Source of the DNA: an uncultured Chloroflexia bacterium
GTDB lineage: Bacteria; Chloroflexota; Anaerolineae; B4-G1; SLSP01
Length of the DNA: 64,000 nt
NCBI GenBank assembly: GCA_963751345.1
Contig: CAVVUS010000014.1
Coordinates: 64,001-128,000 of the forward strand
Reading direction: 5' to 3'
Below, one piece after another: positions 51,458 to 61,779 of this stretch; positions within the stretch are counted from its first letter, which is position 1; each line of letters starts with the position of its first letter. Under the pieces are notes generated by a model. It made no database searches, was not told where the DNA came from, and saw only the letters and a list, made by a program, of their open reading frames with translations. The translations under genes were made by a program, and so were the position numbers.

Positions 51458-54400
51458 CTACCGCCTTGGCTGCGTATGCACCGTCAGACGCCGGACGTAG
51501 CCATCACGCCGGAAGATATGTGCGCTCAGGACGTCATCCAGTGTATTGCCGGGCAAGGTGCCGGTAGCGCCATCGCTGAAACACACCTCAGTCTGTCCTC
51601 CATGGTCGGCGATATAGATAACGGGCACCTGGCAGAAGGTGAAGGCCAGTGAGCCCGCCGGCAGGTCAATCGTCTGCTGCTCACCACCGACGTCGATGTA
51701 AGTAAAAGGCGTCGGAGCGTCGAGGAACTCAGACGCGCGCAGCAGCCCCGGCTCGAACCCCAGCACGCCGTCTTTGACGATGATCCCGAGTTCCCCCATG
51801 CGGGTCAGGATCTCCTCCTTCACCAGTCCCGTCATGCCCGGCTGTTTGGCGCCCTGCCCCGCCGGGGTATGCGAGTAGGGATCGGTCGGAAAGGCGCCGA
51901 AGACCTCCGGCGTCTTGTTGAAGCCCAGGCCCTCGCGGATGTCGTAGTAGGCATCGGCCAGGGCTGCGATGGTAGCTCCGCGTCCTCTCCCCTCCTCCGC
52001 ATCTCCCCTGTTAGGAGGGAGAGTGCGGAAGGCTTCCTCTGCCGCCAGCAATAGCTTGGCGACCATATGCCAATAGATACTGCCCAGCCCCTCGTAGGCG
52101 AAGAAGGTGCCGGACCGACCGGTGAACGAACTGTGGTCGAAGACGTCCTCGAACAGCTGCAGAATGTCGCTGGCCTCCGCTTCAACAAGGTCGGCATAAG
52201 CCTCTTGAGTTGCCAATGCATCCAGCGCCTGCCGGGCGTCCTTCGCATTGCGGAAGTCCCCGTTGAAGTGGTAGACACCGTTCTCGTCCCTGACGATCAA
52301 GGTTCGATCGCCGTCCGCGACGAGCCTGGCTACAAGGGCCGACTCGACGACCCGGTCTGCCGGAATAACGTTCTTGTGCAGGAAGCCCGGCAAGTCCTTA
52401 TCCGGATAGAGCATATAGGTATGCTGGTCCGCCCGATACATCCGGCTGTGACGCAGTGCGCGGAGCAACGCCAGCGATTCCTCGCCGGAGAGCATACCCG
52501 ACGAAAGGACCGCGACCTGGCCCTCAAGCATCTCGTAGAGGTGCCCCACCGACGCGGTGCCGTTGCCCAGACGCAGGACATTGTAGGCGTGGTAGAGGCC
52601 GTCCGGTCGCCGGTTGGCCCGCAGCGTGTGCTCGATGTAGCGCTGGGCCAGGTCAAGGAAGGCCACAAGCGAGGCTGTGGAGAGCGCCGCGACTTCGCCG
52701 GAGAGCCCGTTCTCGTAGAGCATCCACCGATAGTCGCTGCTGGCCTGCCCCAGAGCATCCATCACGGCACGACGCTCCTGGTCGCCAAACGAGACCTCCA
52801 ACGTCGATGCATGGGCGGTCAGACCACTACGCACAGCCTCGAAGAGCCGCAGCGTCTCGGTCGTGACCTCCACCACACCACTGTCCGCTAGGTGTGCCCT
52901 GAAGAACACCACGTAGCGTCGCAAATAGGCCAACGTCACGACAGAGAGTCCCTTGCCGACCAGTGCGTTGTTGGCGTCGTTCCACTCGGGTCGCTGAGTA
53001 TTCATCCAGATGCCGCCCTCGGGCACGAAGTTGCCCAACTTGGCCAGCAGCAGGATGAGCAGTTTCTCGGATAGGTTGACGTGGAAGACCTCGCCATCGG
53101 CGCCCTGCAGAAGCTTGCCGTCGGTCCCCATCACGTGCACGATTCCGGCGATCCGGTCATCCAGCTCGCGGTCGAACTCGATCGTCTCATACCAGTCCTC
53201 GACGAGGGCCGAATATGGCTTGATCCGGTAGGGCACGTTGGCGTGACTGAAGATGCGCTCGCTCAAGAGATGCTCGAGCCGCCCAGGATGGAACTTCGCA
53301 GAGATCTCCAGGAGCTTCTGAAGATAGATGATCTGGTGGTCACTCCAGTAGCCGATGTTGGCCCAGGGATCGTCCGGCGACGGTGCCTCCCACTCGATGC
53401 CATCGCGCGTCACGCGATAGGGATTGTAACCGTCGGCGGTCGTGGCGTTGAGGAAAGTGCTGATCATCCCCTCGACGAACTCGGGATAGCTCCAGGCCAG
53501 CGGCTCCCAGTTCTGGAAGATGTCGCGCCAGTTGCCCTGGTAGTCGAGCTTCCGCGAGCCGTCGGCCCTCTTGAGGTTGATCGAGAACTGGTTCCAGGGG
53601 CGGCTGGGATCACCGTGTCTGCGGCTGAAGGTGAGAGGGAGGTACGACATACAAAGACGGGCCAGGTCGGGCGAGCCGGTCCCGGTCGCCTTCTGCAGCA
53701 GCCAGTTGTGCAGGAAATGGTCCGGCAGGGCTGCGAGGAAGCTATGCTGCTCCCTGGCCACGTGGCGATTTCTGACCTCGACAAAGTCGAGGAAGTCGGC
53801 CTTATCGACAACGTAACCATCCGCAAAGATACCGCCGCGCATCACGTTGAAGAGGGTGTTCGAGAGATGGTGGGTCGTCGTCGCCCGATCGGCCGAGCGT
53901 TGGAGGCCGTCTGAGGCCGCGGCGATCGCCACCAACTCCTCGGTGCCCCTCGCGATGTCCACCTCCAAGCGGTCGGCCAACGTGTCCGACGGCCCGTCGA
54001 CGGATCTTCCCCACTTGAGCACGTTAATGAGCGTGGCGACGCTGCCGGCGTCCTGATTGACCTCCGCGACGACGTACCAGCGCTTCTGCTCCCCACCCGC
54101 CAACTCGAAGGCAGCGTTGACCAGATAGGCGCCGCGGACGCCGCGCACATCGGTTTCCTGGCTAACCGGGCGACCTCGCCGGAAATCGTCCAGTTGCCGC
54201 GTCGACAGGAGATAGCAGGGGGCCTCCAGCCCGGTCTGCCAGGCGGTCGTCGCCTTGAGCGACTCGCTGGGCTCCGCCAGGTCCGTCAACGTCGAGCTGA
54301 GGCCGAAGATTCCCAGGCCGGTCTCCGCCTCGAGCTCGTTACGCTTGTAGCCGTTGAGCAGGTTGCTAAACGCCGTCTGCAGCGCCGTCGTCGCGCCGTA

Positions 54401-54964
54401 GGGCAGGAGGTTCTGCAGCCCCGACACCAGGGCCACCTGCCGGGATTCGGGAGAAAGGTTCTCGATCCACGCGGTCATGACAAAACCGAACTCTTCGCTC
54501 GTGCGCCAGGCGTAGCAGTACCTGAGGTCCAGGTCGTGGTTGATCTCCTCGAAGATCAACTTGTCGCCGTAAAGGTTTTTGTAGATATTCCGTTCGGTCC
54601 TATACACGCCCGGACACCCGGCCCGAAAGGGCTCCCATAGCCACGTCCGACCGCCCTGGGTGACCAGGATCGCGGCAACGTGGCCGGTGTTGTCGCTGTT
54701 CTCGGTGAGCTTGTCGTCCGTGTAGTAAGGAAAGAGCGAGGACTCGGCGTTGGCGCGCCCTGCCGAGAGCCCGCCTGTGCTCGAGATAAATATCCAGTGG
54801 TCCGAGCTGCTGACCACGCTTATGAAGAAAGGTGGCATTTGGTCGTAGGCCCGAATGCAGTGATACGTCTCCCCCAACATCTCTGCGTAGCCGCCCTCCA
54901 CGCGACCGGTGTCGCTGCGGACGGGGCTATCCCCGACGTAGATTGTCCGTACTTGAGCGTTCAT
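51458..54964 (-). CDS. Probable GH149 beta-1,3-glucan phosphorylase
   Basis: 1168 aa; LFPYYTDDK, LTFSRRHGDPSRPWN, YQGNWRDIFQNWE, QRPEWNDANNALVG, YEGLGSIYWHM, FPTDPYSHTP (recalled family motifs). Confidence 0.78.
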   Translation of the reverse strand: MNAQVRTIYVGDSPVRSDTGRVEGGYAEMLGETYHCIRAYDQMPPFFISVVSSSDHWIFISSTGGLSAGRANAESSLFPYYTDDKLTENSDNTGHVAAILVTQGGRTWLWEPFRAGCPGVYRTERNIYKNLYGDKLIFEEINHDLDLRYCYAWRTSEEFGFVMTAWIENLSPESRQVALVSGLQNLLPYGATTALQTAFSNLLNGYKRNELEAETGLGIFGLSSTLTDLAEPSESLKATTAWQTGLEAPCYLLSTRQLDDFRRGRPVSQETDVRGVRGAYLVNAAFELAGGEQKRWYVVAEVNQDAGSVATLINVLKWGRSVDGPSDTLADRLEVDIARGTEELVAIAAASDGLQRSADRATTTHHLSNTLFNVMRGGIFADGYVVDKADFLDFVEVRNRHVAREQHSFLAALPDHFLHNWLLQKATGTGSPDLARLCMSYLPLTFSRRHGDPSRPWNQFSINLKRADGSRKLDYQGNWRDIFQNWEPLAWSYPEFVEGMISTFLNATTADGYNPYRVTRDGIEWEAPSPDDPWANIGYWSDHQIIYLQKLLEISAKFHPGRLEHLLSERIFSHANVPYRIKPYSALVEDWYETIEFDRELDDRIAGIVHVMGTDGKLLQGADGEVFHVNLSEKLLILLLAKLGNFVPEGGIWMNTQRPEWNDANNALVGKGLSVVTLAYLRRYVVFFRAHLADSGVVEVTTETLRLFEAVRSGLTAHASTLEVSFGDQERRAVMDALGQASSDYRWMLYENGLSGEVAALSTASLVAFLDLAQRYIEHTLRANRRPDGLYHAYNVLRLGNGTASVGHLYEMLEGQVAVLSSGMLSGEESLALLRALRHSRMYRADQHTYMLYPDKDLPGFLHKNVIPADRVVESALVARLVADGDRTLIVRDENGVYHFNGDFRNAKDARQALDALATQEAYADLVEAEASDILQLFEDVFDHSSFTGRSGTFFAYEGLGSIYWHMVAKLLLAAEEAFRTLPPNRGDAEEGRGRGATIAALADAYYDIREGLGFNKTPEVFGAFPTDPYSHTPAGQGAKQPGMTGLVKEEILTRMGELGIIVKDGVLGFEPGLLRASEFLDAPTPFTYIDVGGEQQTIDLPAGSLAFTFCQVPVIYIADHGGQTEVCFSDGATGTLPGNTLDDVLSAHIFRRDGYVRRLTVHTQPRR

Positions 54965-55207
54965 AGGTTCGGAGACCCCTTTCTGGTATCAACAGAGGTG
55001 TTCGATGCCCAGTGTACGAGCGTCGCGGCATAGTGTCAAAGTGTAGTGCCTCTCGGTGCCGGGGACTTCGAAAGATCCCCGGCACTATAGGAGGAGCCGT
55101 CATCCAGATGCCGGGCACCGACGCAACGTGCCAACGTGGTAACGTTCAAACGCACTTCAATTGGCAACCCCGGCCAAGGGCCTATAATGCCGATGCACAT
55201 GGAACGG

Positions 55208-56506
55208 ATGAACGATGTCCCGCGCCAGACTCTCAAACGCATCCTGGACCAGTACGGCCGCGACGTCTGTGACGACCCGCGACGCTGTGAGGCACTGCTG
55301 CGAGACTTCTGTGGTGAGTATCGCCGGGAGATCTTCGTGCTGATCAGTGCGCTGGAGGAAGGCGTCGCGGACGATCTCCGCAAGATGACCGCCCAGCTTC
55401 CCTACACGGTGGTGATGCCGCGGTTGGCGGCGGAGCTGCACGAGACGACGGCGCTTTCGGTGGAGGCTGCACAATGGGCCGTCAGGACCTGGGCCGAGGC
55501 CCTGGGGCTTGCATCTCAGGCAACGTCGACATCGCAGTCTTCCGTCGCCCAGGCCGGTGCAGGGTCCGCGCCGGGGTTCCGCCTGGCACGTCGCTGGCAG
55601 GCACACGACGGCGAGGTCTCCGGCCTCGCATTCGGTCCCGATGGGCGACAGTTGGCCTCTGTGGGGCTCGACGCGGTGGCGCGTATCTGGCCGGTGGCTG
55701 CCGCGAGGTCCCCCGGCGATGGACAGGAGTCGCCGGCCCTGAGTCAACAGACAGGCATTCTGACCTGTGTCGCCTGGCGTCCCGATGGCCTGGCCCTGGC
55801 ATTGGGCAGTGGCGATATGGGCATCTATCTCTGGCATTGGACCGAAGCCGGGGAGGATGTGCCGCGCCTCCGGGGGCACACCGGAGGGGTGACCGGTGTG
55901 TCCTATTTTCCAGACGGCAAGACGCTCGCCTCGTGCGGCCACGACGGCGCCATCCGTCTCTGGGAGACGCCGGCAGGCTCACAGAAGGCTGACCTGCGCG
56001 GGCATACCGGAAGCGTCTTGGCTCTGGCGATCGGTCCCGATGGACGGACGATTGCCTCCGCCGGAGGCTGGGACCGGACGGTGCGCGTATGGGACGTCGG
56101 ACAAAGCCAGGAGATGTGGGCGCTGTCGGGCCACACGGCACAGGTGACCTGCGTGAGCTTTGACTCCCAGGGAAAGCTCCTCGCCTCCGGCGGATGGGAC
56201 GAGACGGTCCGACTTTGGGACCCCAAGTACGGACGTGAACAGGGCCAGCTTGTCGAAAACGGGGACACGCTTCACCTGATCGCGACGCTCGCCATCGCAC
56301 CCGACGGTAGCGTGGCAGCCACGGGAGACTGGGGAGGCCAGGTTCGTCTCTGGCACCTGCAGCGGAGAGTCCTCCTGGGAAGATTGGCGGAACACAAAGG
56401 ACGCGTTCGGTCTGTCACCTTCAGCCCTGGCGGGCGGTGGCTGGCCTCTGCAGATGACCAGGGCGAGATCTGCCTCTGGCGTTCGGAAAACGCCGGTCGA
56501 CCGTAG
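55208..56506 (+). CDS. WD40 repeat protein with N-terminal helical domain
   Basis: About 7 GH...WD repeats; N-terminal ~100-aa helical module; TATAAT at 55183-55188. Confidence 0.85.
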   Translation: MNDVPRQTLKRILDQYGRDVCDDPRRCEALLRDFCGEYRREIFVLISALEEGVADDLRKMTAQLPYTVVMPRLAAELHETTALSVEAAQWAVRTWAEALGLASQATSTSQSSVAQAGAGSAPGFRLARRWQAHDGEVSGLAFGPDGRQLASVGLDAVARIWPVAAARSPGDGQESPALSQQTGILTCVAWRPDGLALALGSGDMGIYLWHWTEAGEDVPRLRGHTGGVTGVSYFPDGKTLASCGHDGAIRLWETPAGSQKADLRGHTGSVLALAIGPDGRTIASAGGWDRTVRVWDVGQSQEMWALSGHTAQVTCVSFDSQGKLLASGGWDETVRLWDPKYGREQGQLVENGDTLHLIATLAIAPDGSVAATGDWGGQVRLWHLQRRVLLGRLAEHKGRVRSVTFSPGGRWLASADDQGEICLWRSENAGRP

Positions 56507-56544
56507 GGTGCAACTTTCCGGAGATGAATTCGTAATGAAAAGAA

Positions 56545-56672
56545 GAAAACAGAATGAGAGAATGAAGAATCGAAAAGCCGGCGAATGTCAGCGCAGTGAG
56601 TACCTCAGGCTCACTGTGACGTTCGCTGATTTTCCATTCTTGATTCTTGGATTCTGCATTCTTGATTCTGGC
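56545..56672. repeat. Heptamer (ATTCTTG-like) tandem repeats flanking a hairpin
   Basis: AGAATGAGAGAATGAAGAAT ... ATTCTTGATTCTTGGATTCTGCATTCTTGATTCT. Confidence 0.55.
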
Positions 56673-56696
56673 ATTCGCTGAGACCGGGGACAAAAC

Positions 56697-57977
56697 ATGA
56701 ACCGTACACGCTGGATTTTCGTTGGTATTGTGGTCGTGGCGCTGGTTATCGTCGGCGCATCGCTGGCCTTCCGGGGCCTGCAGCCGGATAGCGGAGGGGT
56801 GACCACACCAGGGAACGCCGGCCAGCCGATTACCGTGGACCGCCCGGACGCCATTACGGTGCGCGTGATCACGGCGCTGCCGATCGAGACGTGGGTACGA
56901 AATGCAGCAGACGCCTATAACGCAACGTCGCCCAGCCTCGACGGAGTACCGGTCACGGTCGAGATCGTCGCAATGGATGGGCTCACGGCGTTGGGGCGTT
57001 GGGATCGCAACACCTTTGGCGCGCTGGAGCCCGGCGTCAACCCCGAGGATCTGGACCCGGCCGCCCAAGCCGCGTTGGAAGAGTTCCCAACCGCATGGAT
57101 CCCGGAAAGCCGATACCTCGTAGAGCTGGCAAATGCGTCCTACAAGGAGCGGCTGGGCCGCGACGTCTTCCTCACCGATGGTGAGTACCGGGCGCGCCCC
57201 ATCGCGACGAGCCTATTGACATGGGGCATCTACCAAAGCCGGGCCCAGGTGCTGCAGGACAAGTACGGCCAGATCAGTTGGGATACGATCCACGACGCAG
57301 CCACGGCCCAGGGGGGATGGCCAGAGCTGGGGGGAGATCCTAGCTGGGGTTACTTCAAGCTCGTGGTGCCCAACCCCAACAAGAACGTGGCCGGGTTGCA
57401 CGCGATGATCGCGGCTGCCGGTGAATATTACGGCCGGCCCGACATCAGCGTAGCCGATGTGACGAATCCCGACTTCCAGGCCTGGCTGAAGGAGCTGATG
57501 GGTGCGGTGACGGACTTCAGCAGTGCCAGCGCCTATACCGCCGAGGATTTCGCACTCTTCGGCTACAGCGTGGGTGACGGCGGTCAGCTCCTGGAGACAG
57601 ACCTGCTCCTCAATATGGAGGGGATCCTGACCCGGTGGGAAGACCCCATCAACCTCTATTATCCCCGCTATGTCACGTGGTTCGACTTCCCGTTCTCGGT
57701 CTGGGTGGGACCCGAGACGACCGCGTTGGAGAAGAACGCAGCCCTCGATTTCGAGCACTACCTGCTCAGCGACGAACAACAGCAGGCCGGTCTGGTCTAC
57801 GGGCTCCGCCCAGCAAATCCGGCGGTTCCGCTGGACGCTGTGCCGGACAGCCTCTTTGTGAAGTGGCAGGACCGGGGCGTCGAGAACGTGATACCGCGAG
57901 CGGATGCGATGCGCAACCCCGACCGCGACGTGCTCCTGGCCCTGCTCCGATGGTTTGAGTTGAACGTGACGGAATAA
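56697..57977 (+). CDS. Membrane-anchored solute-binding-fold protein
   Basis: N-terminal TM; FPTAWIPES, GGWPELGG..WGYFK, YGLRPA; resembles the N-terminal part of the next gene. Confidence 0.65.
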   Translation: MNRTRWIFVGIVVVALVIVGASLAFRGLQPDSGGVTTPGNAGQPITVDRPDAITVRVITALPIETWVRNAADAYNATSPSLDGVPVTVEIVAMDGLTALGRWDRNTFGALEPGVNPEDLDPAAQAALEEFPTAWIPESRYLVELANASYKERLGRDVFLTDGEYRARPIATSLLTWGIYQSRAQVLQDKYGQISWDTIHDAATAQGGWPELGGDPSWGYFKLVVPNPNKNVAGLHAMIAAAGEYYGRPDISVADVTNPDFQAWLKELMGAVTDFSSASAYTAEDFALFGYSVGDGGQLLETDLLLNMEGILTRWEDPINLYYPRYVTWFDFPFSVWVGPETTALEKNAALDFEHYLLSDEQQQAGLVYGLRPANPAVPLDAVPDSLFVKWQDRGVENVIPRADAMRNPDRDVLLALLRWFELNVTE

Positions 57978-57978
57978 C

Positions 57979-59739
57979 ATGAGCAACCCAACAGACTCAC
58001 CACTGAACCTGCCGCCCGATCCCAACATACAGCGCCGGCAGAGGCGGCTGGCGACACTTCTCGTCGTGATGGGGCTGATATGTGCCCTGGGGGGAGCCGC
58101 CGTCTATGGGGGGCGCGTCGCCCTGGATTGGATCAACCAGAGACTTCCACGCGGCACTCAGGCCCCCGGTGACGCCATCAGCGCGAGTGAACTGACCATC
58201 GCCGTCTCACCGGCGATGAAACCCGTCTTCGACCAGTTGGTGCAAAGCTTCAACGAGAGCACAGGCGATGGATCGTTGCCTATCCAGACGCTGGAACTGA
58301 CGCCGGAGAAAATGGTCGACCAGAGTTTGGAGGCCACACCTGCATTCCAGGCGTTGGCGCCCGACAGCAGCCTGTGGTTCCACCAACTGGAGCAGCGATG
58401 GGCTGCGTCGGTGGAAGGTGGCGTGCAGGGCTCGGTCATTCCGATCGCCAACCGGCGGGCGAGCACGCCCATCCGCTATGCCGTCAGCCCCGTCGTCGTC
58501 GTGGCTTGGGAAAGTGTGGCGCGGGATCTGGGTTGGCCCTTCGAGCCCCTTGGCTGGCAGGAAATTCAGCTCAAGGCGACCCGCGACCCCAACTTCAAGT
58601 GGAACCATCCCAGCACCAACAACGCCAGCGGGCTGCTGGCAACCCTGGCCGAGTTCTATGCGGGTGCGAATCTCACGCGTGGGCTCACAGAGGAGGCGGC
58701 GACAGCCACCAGCACGCTGGAATACGTCCGGAATGTGGAAGCCACCGTCCGCTTCTATGGTGAGGGCGAGGCTGTGATCCTCGATCGGCTGCACGCCGAG
58801 GGACGGAACTTCCTGGATGCCTTTGTGGCACAGGAACAGGTGGTCATCGCGTGGAACCAGGCGCAGCCCAGCGAGCGGTTGGTCGCCATCTACCCGGCGG
58901 AGGGCACGCTCTGGGCCGATCATCCTCTCGCGCTCCTGGAGCTCGATACCGTGACCGAGGCTCAGCGGCGCACCTACCAGGACTTTGTCACCTTCCTGAC
59001 GGGCAGCGAAGCGCAACGCACGTTGCTCGCTGCGGGCTACCGCCCTGCAGATCTCTCGATCGCGCTGGATGGCCCGGACAGTCCTTTCACCGGCAACGAC
59101 GCCGTGGACTGGCGTCAGCCGCAGACCACACTCCAGATTCCGGCTCAGCAGGTCGTGCAGGTCGTACAGAACGTGTGGCAGTACACCAAGCGGCCCACCA
59201 ACGTCTTCCTCGTCGTCGACACCAGCGGCAGTATGGAGGACGGCACCAAGATGGACAGCACCAAGGAGGCGCTGCTGGCCTTCCTGGACAACATCCAGGG
59301 GGACCGGGACCGGGTGGGCCTGATTGAGTTTGGCAGCGACATCAAACGCGTAGAGCCCCTGAGCACGCTGACCGATGACGGCAGACAGCGGCTCCAGGCC
59401 GTGATCCGGGCGATGCAGCCTCGTGGCAACACGGCCATGCTGGATGCGGTCTGGGAAGCCCACCAGCAGATCGTGCAGATCAATGACACCGAGGCCATCA
59501 ATGCCATCGTGGTCATGACCGATGGGCTGGAGAACGCCAGTCGCCATACCGAGATAGAACTACAGCGGGCCTTCAGCAACAGCGAGTCCCAGCGCATCGT
59601 GGTTTTCACCATCGGCTTTGGGTCGGATGCCGACGTAAAGCTCCTGCAGGAGATCGCCCTATCGGGGGGCGGGCAGTTCCGCAGGGCTGATGAAACCGAC
59701 CTCGAGGAGCTCTACAGAACCATTTCCACCTACTTCTAG
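57979..59739 (+). CDS. Solute-binding domain + vWA domain protein
   Basis: TM, SPVVV..W, SGL, YPAEGTLWADHP; MIDAS VVDTSGSM, NTAMLDA, VMTDG. Confidence 0.85.
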   Translation: MSNPTDSPLNLPPDPNIQRRQRRLATLLVVMGLICALGGAAVYGGRVALDWINQRLPRGTQAPGDAISASELTIAVSPAMKPVFDQLVQSFNESTGDGSLPIQTLELTPEKMVDQSLEATPAFQALAPDSSLWFHQLEQRWAASVEGGVQGSVIPIANRRASTPIRYAVSPVVVVAWESVARDLGWPFEPLGWQEIQLKATRDPNFKWNHPSTNNASGLLATLAEFYAGANLTRGLTEEAATATSTLEYVRNVEATVRFYGEGEAVILDRLHAEGRNFLDAFVAQEQVVIAWNQAQPSERLVAIYPAEGTLWADHPLALLELDTVTEAQRRTYQDFVTFLTGSEAQRTLLAAGYRPADLSIALDGPDSPFTGNDAVDWRQPQTTLQIPAQQVVQVVQNVWQYTKRPTNVFLVVDTSGSMEDGTKMDSTKEALLAFLDNIQGDRDRVGLIEFGSDIKRVEPLSTLTDDGRQRLQAVIRAMQPRGNTAMLDAVWEAHQQIVQINDTEAINAIVVMTDGLENASRHTEIELQRAFSNSESQRIVVFTIGFGSDADVKLLQEIALSGGGQFRRADETDLEELYRTISTYF

Positions 59740-59748
59740 GATTCGAGG

Positions 59749-60576
59749 ATGTCGAACCTGAGAGCGGAGATACAGGGGAAGGCCACAGGCGCCTTGCTGC
59801 AGTATGCGTTCCTGCGGATCGAGAGCGCGCTGGTGGTCGCCGGCGCGATCCTGTTGAGTGTGCTGCTGCCCAAGCCCTTCCCCTGGTGGCCGGGCTTTTG
59901 GCTCTGGTTGATTCTGGGGCTCTTCGCCTGGGGCATCATCGTTGCGACGAGCATCACCGACCCGACTACCTCGGCAAAGGTGCGTTGGCAATTGCTCCGC
60001 GATCGTCTCGATCTGATGCAGATCCAGGATGCCGGGCTACGCGAGCGGGTCGATGCGATGAGCCAGTACATCCGCGACGTCGAGGTGGATCTCAATCGCG
60101 CCGGGGATGCCGGCGAGGCTGCGGGCCTGGGCGAGATCGCGGGGATGATGTATGACTGGGTGGCGCAAGCTGCGCTCTTTGCCCGGTACGTCGATACCTA
60201 CCGCCGCGACTACCGGCTGGAGAAACGGCGCGGCGAGCTGCCAGGTCTGATCGAAACCCTGGTGGCCCGATTGAAGTACGAGAAGAACCCGGACATCATC
60301 GACCGGCTCAACGCAGAGATGGAAGCGCTGGGCAAGGATTGGCAGAGCCTGAAGCTGCTGGATGCGCAGATGCAACAGGCCGAGCCTCAGCTGAATCAAA
60401 GCCTGACAGCTCTTGCCAGGTCTGTCAGTGAGATGCACGTGATCGCAGCCGAGCGGGATCTGGTGAAGAATCGCCTGGATCACCTCAAGGCGGATGTTCA
60501 ACGACATCAGGGACAGATGGGAGATCTGGTGACGCAGGTAAAGCAGCTCTACACCGAGGCGCTGGACAAGCGCTAA
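59749..60576 (+). CDS. Two-TM coiled-coil hypothetical protein
   Basis: Two N-terminal TM helices followed by a long helical heptad region. Confidence 0.65.
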   Translation: MSNLRAEIQGKATGALLQYAFLRIESALVVAGAILLSVLLPKPFPWWPGFWLWLILGLFAWGIIVATSITDPTTSAKVRWQLLRDRLDLMQIQDAGLRERVDAMSQYIRDVEVDLNRAGDAGEAAGLGEIAGMMYDWVAQAALFARYVDTYRRDYRLEKRRGELPGLIETLVARLKYEKNPDIIDRLNAEMEALGKDWQSLKLLDAQMQQAEPQLNQSLTALARSVSEMHVIAAERDLVKNRLDHLKADVQRHQGQMGDLVTQVKQLYTEALDKR

Positions 60577-60608
60577 GCCGGAATAGGCCCTCTTGGAGGA
60601 CGAGAACT

Positions 60609-61754
60609 ATGAAGCGAATGCCGCAATGGTTGATACTGCTGGTAGCTGCCCTGTTACTGGTGGCGTGTGGCGGGGCCGGCGCGAAGGCCCCGACGAAGGG
60701 GGACGTCCTTGTCTATGTCGCGGTACCGCTGAGTGGCTTCCAGGCCAACGGCGGTCAGACCGTGTTGGGAGGAGTGCGGCTAGCCGCAGAACAGATCAAC
60801 CGCGACGGTGGGTTGGAGGGGTACCGCGTCGTGGTACAGCCGCTGGATGATGAGTCGGATAGCGACGTCGCGGTGGCCCAGGTTGACCAGATCCAGGCAG
60901 CGCTCCAAAGCGGCGCAGAGGTCCTGGGCGTCATCGGTCACCTGAACAGCGGCCAAACCCTTGCGGCTATGACCCTCTACTCGAAGATGGACCTGGTCGT
61001 CATCACGCCGACGGCGTCAGAGCAAAGTCTGACGCAGAAGGGCTATACCAACTTCTTCCGCGTCAATGCCAATGATGCGGTACAGGCGAAGGTCGACGCC
61101 CGCTTCCTGGTCGAGCACCTGGGAGCCCAGAAGGTTGCCGTGGCTTTCAACAACACGGAATATGGACAGGGGTTGGCATCCTCGCTCAGTGACGAGTTGG
61201 TGGCCTTGGGTGCCGAGGTCGTCACCCGGATCGAGGTAGAGGAAGGCCAGGGGACCTATGCAACCGAGGTCGCGCAGATTCAAGCGGCCTCCCCAGATGC
61301 CATCTTCTATGCAGGCTACGAGATCGAGGCGCCCTACCTGCGGACGGAACTGGTCCGGGCCGGGATCACCGTGCCTATGCTGTGCAGCGATGGCGCCTTT
61401 CTGGCAGCCACGATTGACGAGGCCGACGGCACAGCCGAGGGTATGTACGTGAGCGCGTTCGCTCCCAGCCCACGGGCCGTGGGCGATCAGGCCTGGTTTG
61501 AGGCCTATCAGGCGGTAGAATACAGGAATCCCGACACCTATTCCGTCAATGGTTACGTCGCGATGCAGGTCCTTGCGGACGGCGTCCGGCAGGCCGGGTC
61601 GATCAAGGCCGACCAGATCTCCGCGTCGCTGCGGGAGAACCCCGCACCGACGCTGCTCGGCGACATGACCTTCGACGCGAACGGCGACCTGGTCAATCCC
61701 CAGATCTGGATCTACCAGGTGGAGAATGCCGAGTTCCAGCAAATAGAGTGGTAG
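60609..61754 (+). CDS. Branched-chain amino acid ABC substrate-binding lipoprotein (LivK-like)
   Basis: LVAC lipobox, PLSG, VIGHLNSG, FFRVNAND, YGQGLA. Confidence 0.88.
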   Translation: MKRMPQWLILLVAALLLVACGGAGAKAPTKGDVLVYVAVPLSGFQANGGQTVLGGVRLAAEQINRDGGLEGYRVVVQPLDDESDSDVAVAQVDQIQAALQSGAEVLGVIGHLNSGQTLAAMTLYSKMDLVVITPTASEQSLTQKGYTNFFRVNANDAVQAKVDARFLVEHLGAQKVAVAFNNTEYGQGLASSLSDELVALGAEVVTRIEVEEGQGTYATEVAQIQAASPDAIFYAGYEIEAPYLRTELVRAGITVPMLCSDGAFLAATIDEADGTAEGMYVSAFAPSPRAVGDQAWFEAYQAVEYRNPDTYSVNGYVAMQVLADGVRQAGSIKADQISASLRENPAPTLLGDMTFDANGDLVNPQIWIYQVENAEFQQIEW

Positions 61755-61779
61755 TGTTTTCACGAAAGGAGAAACAACG

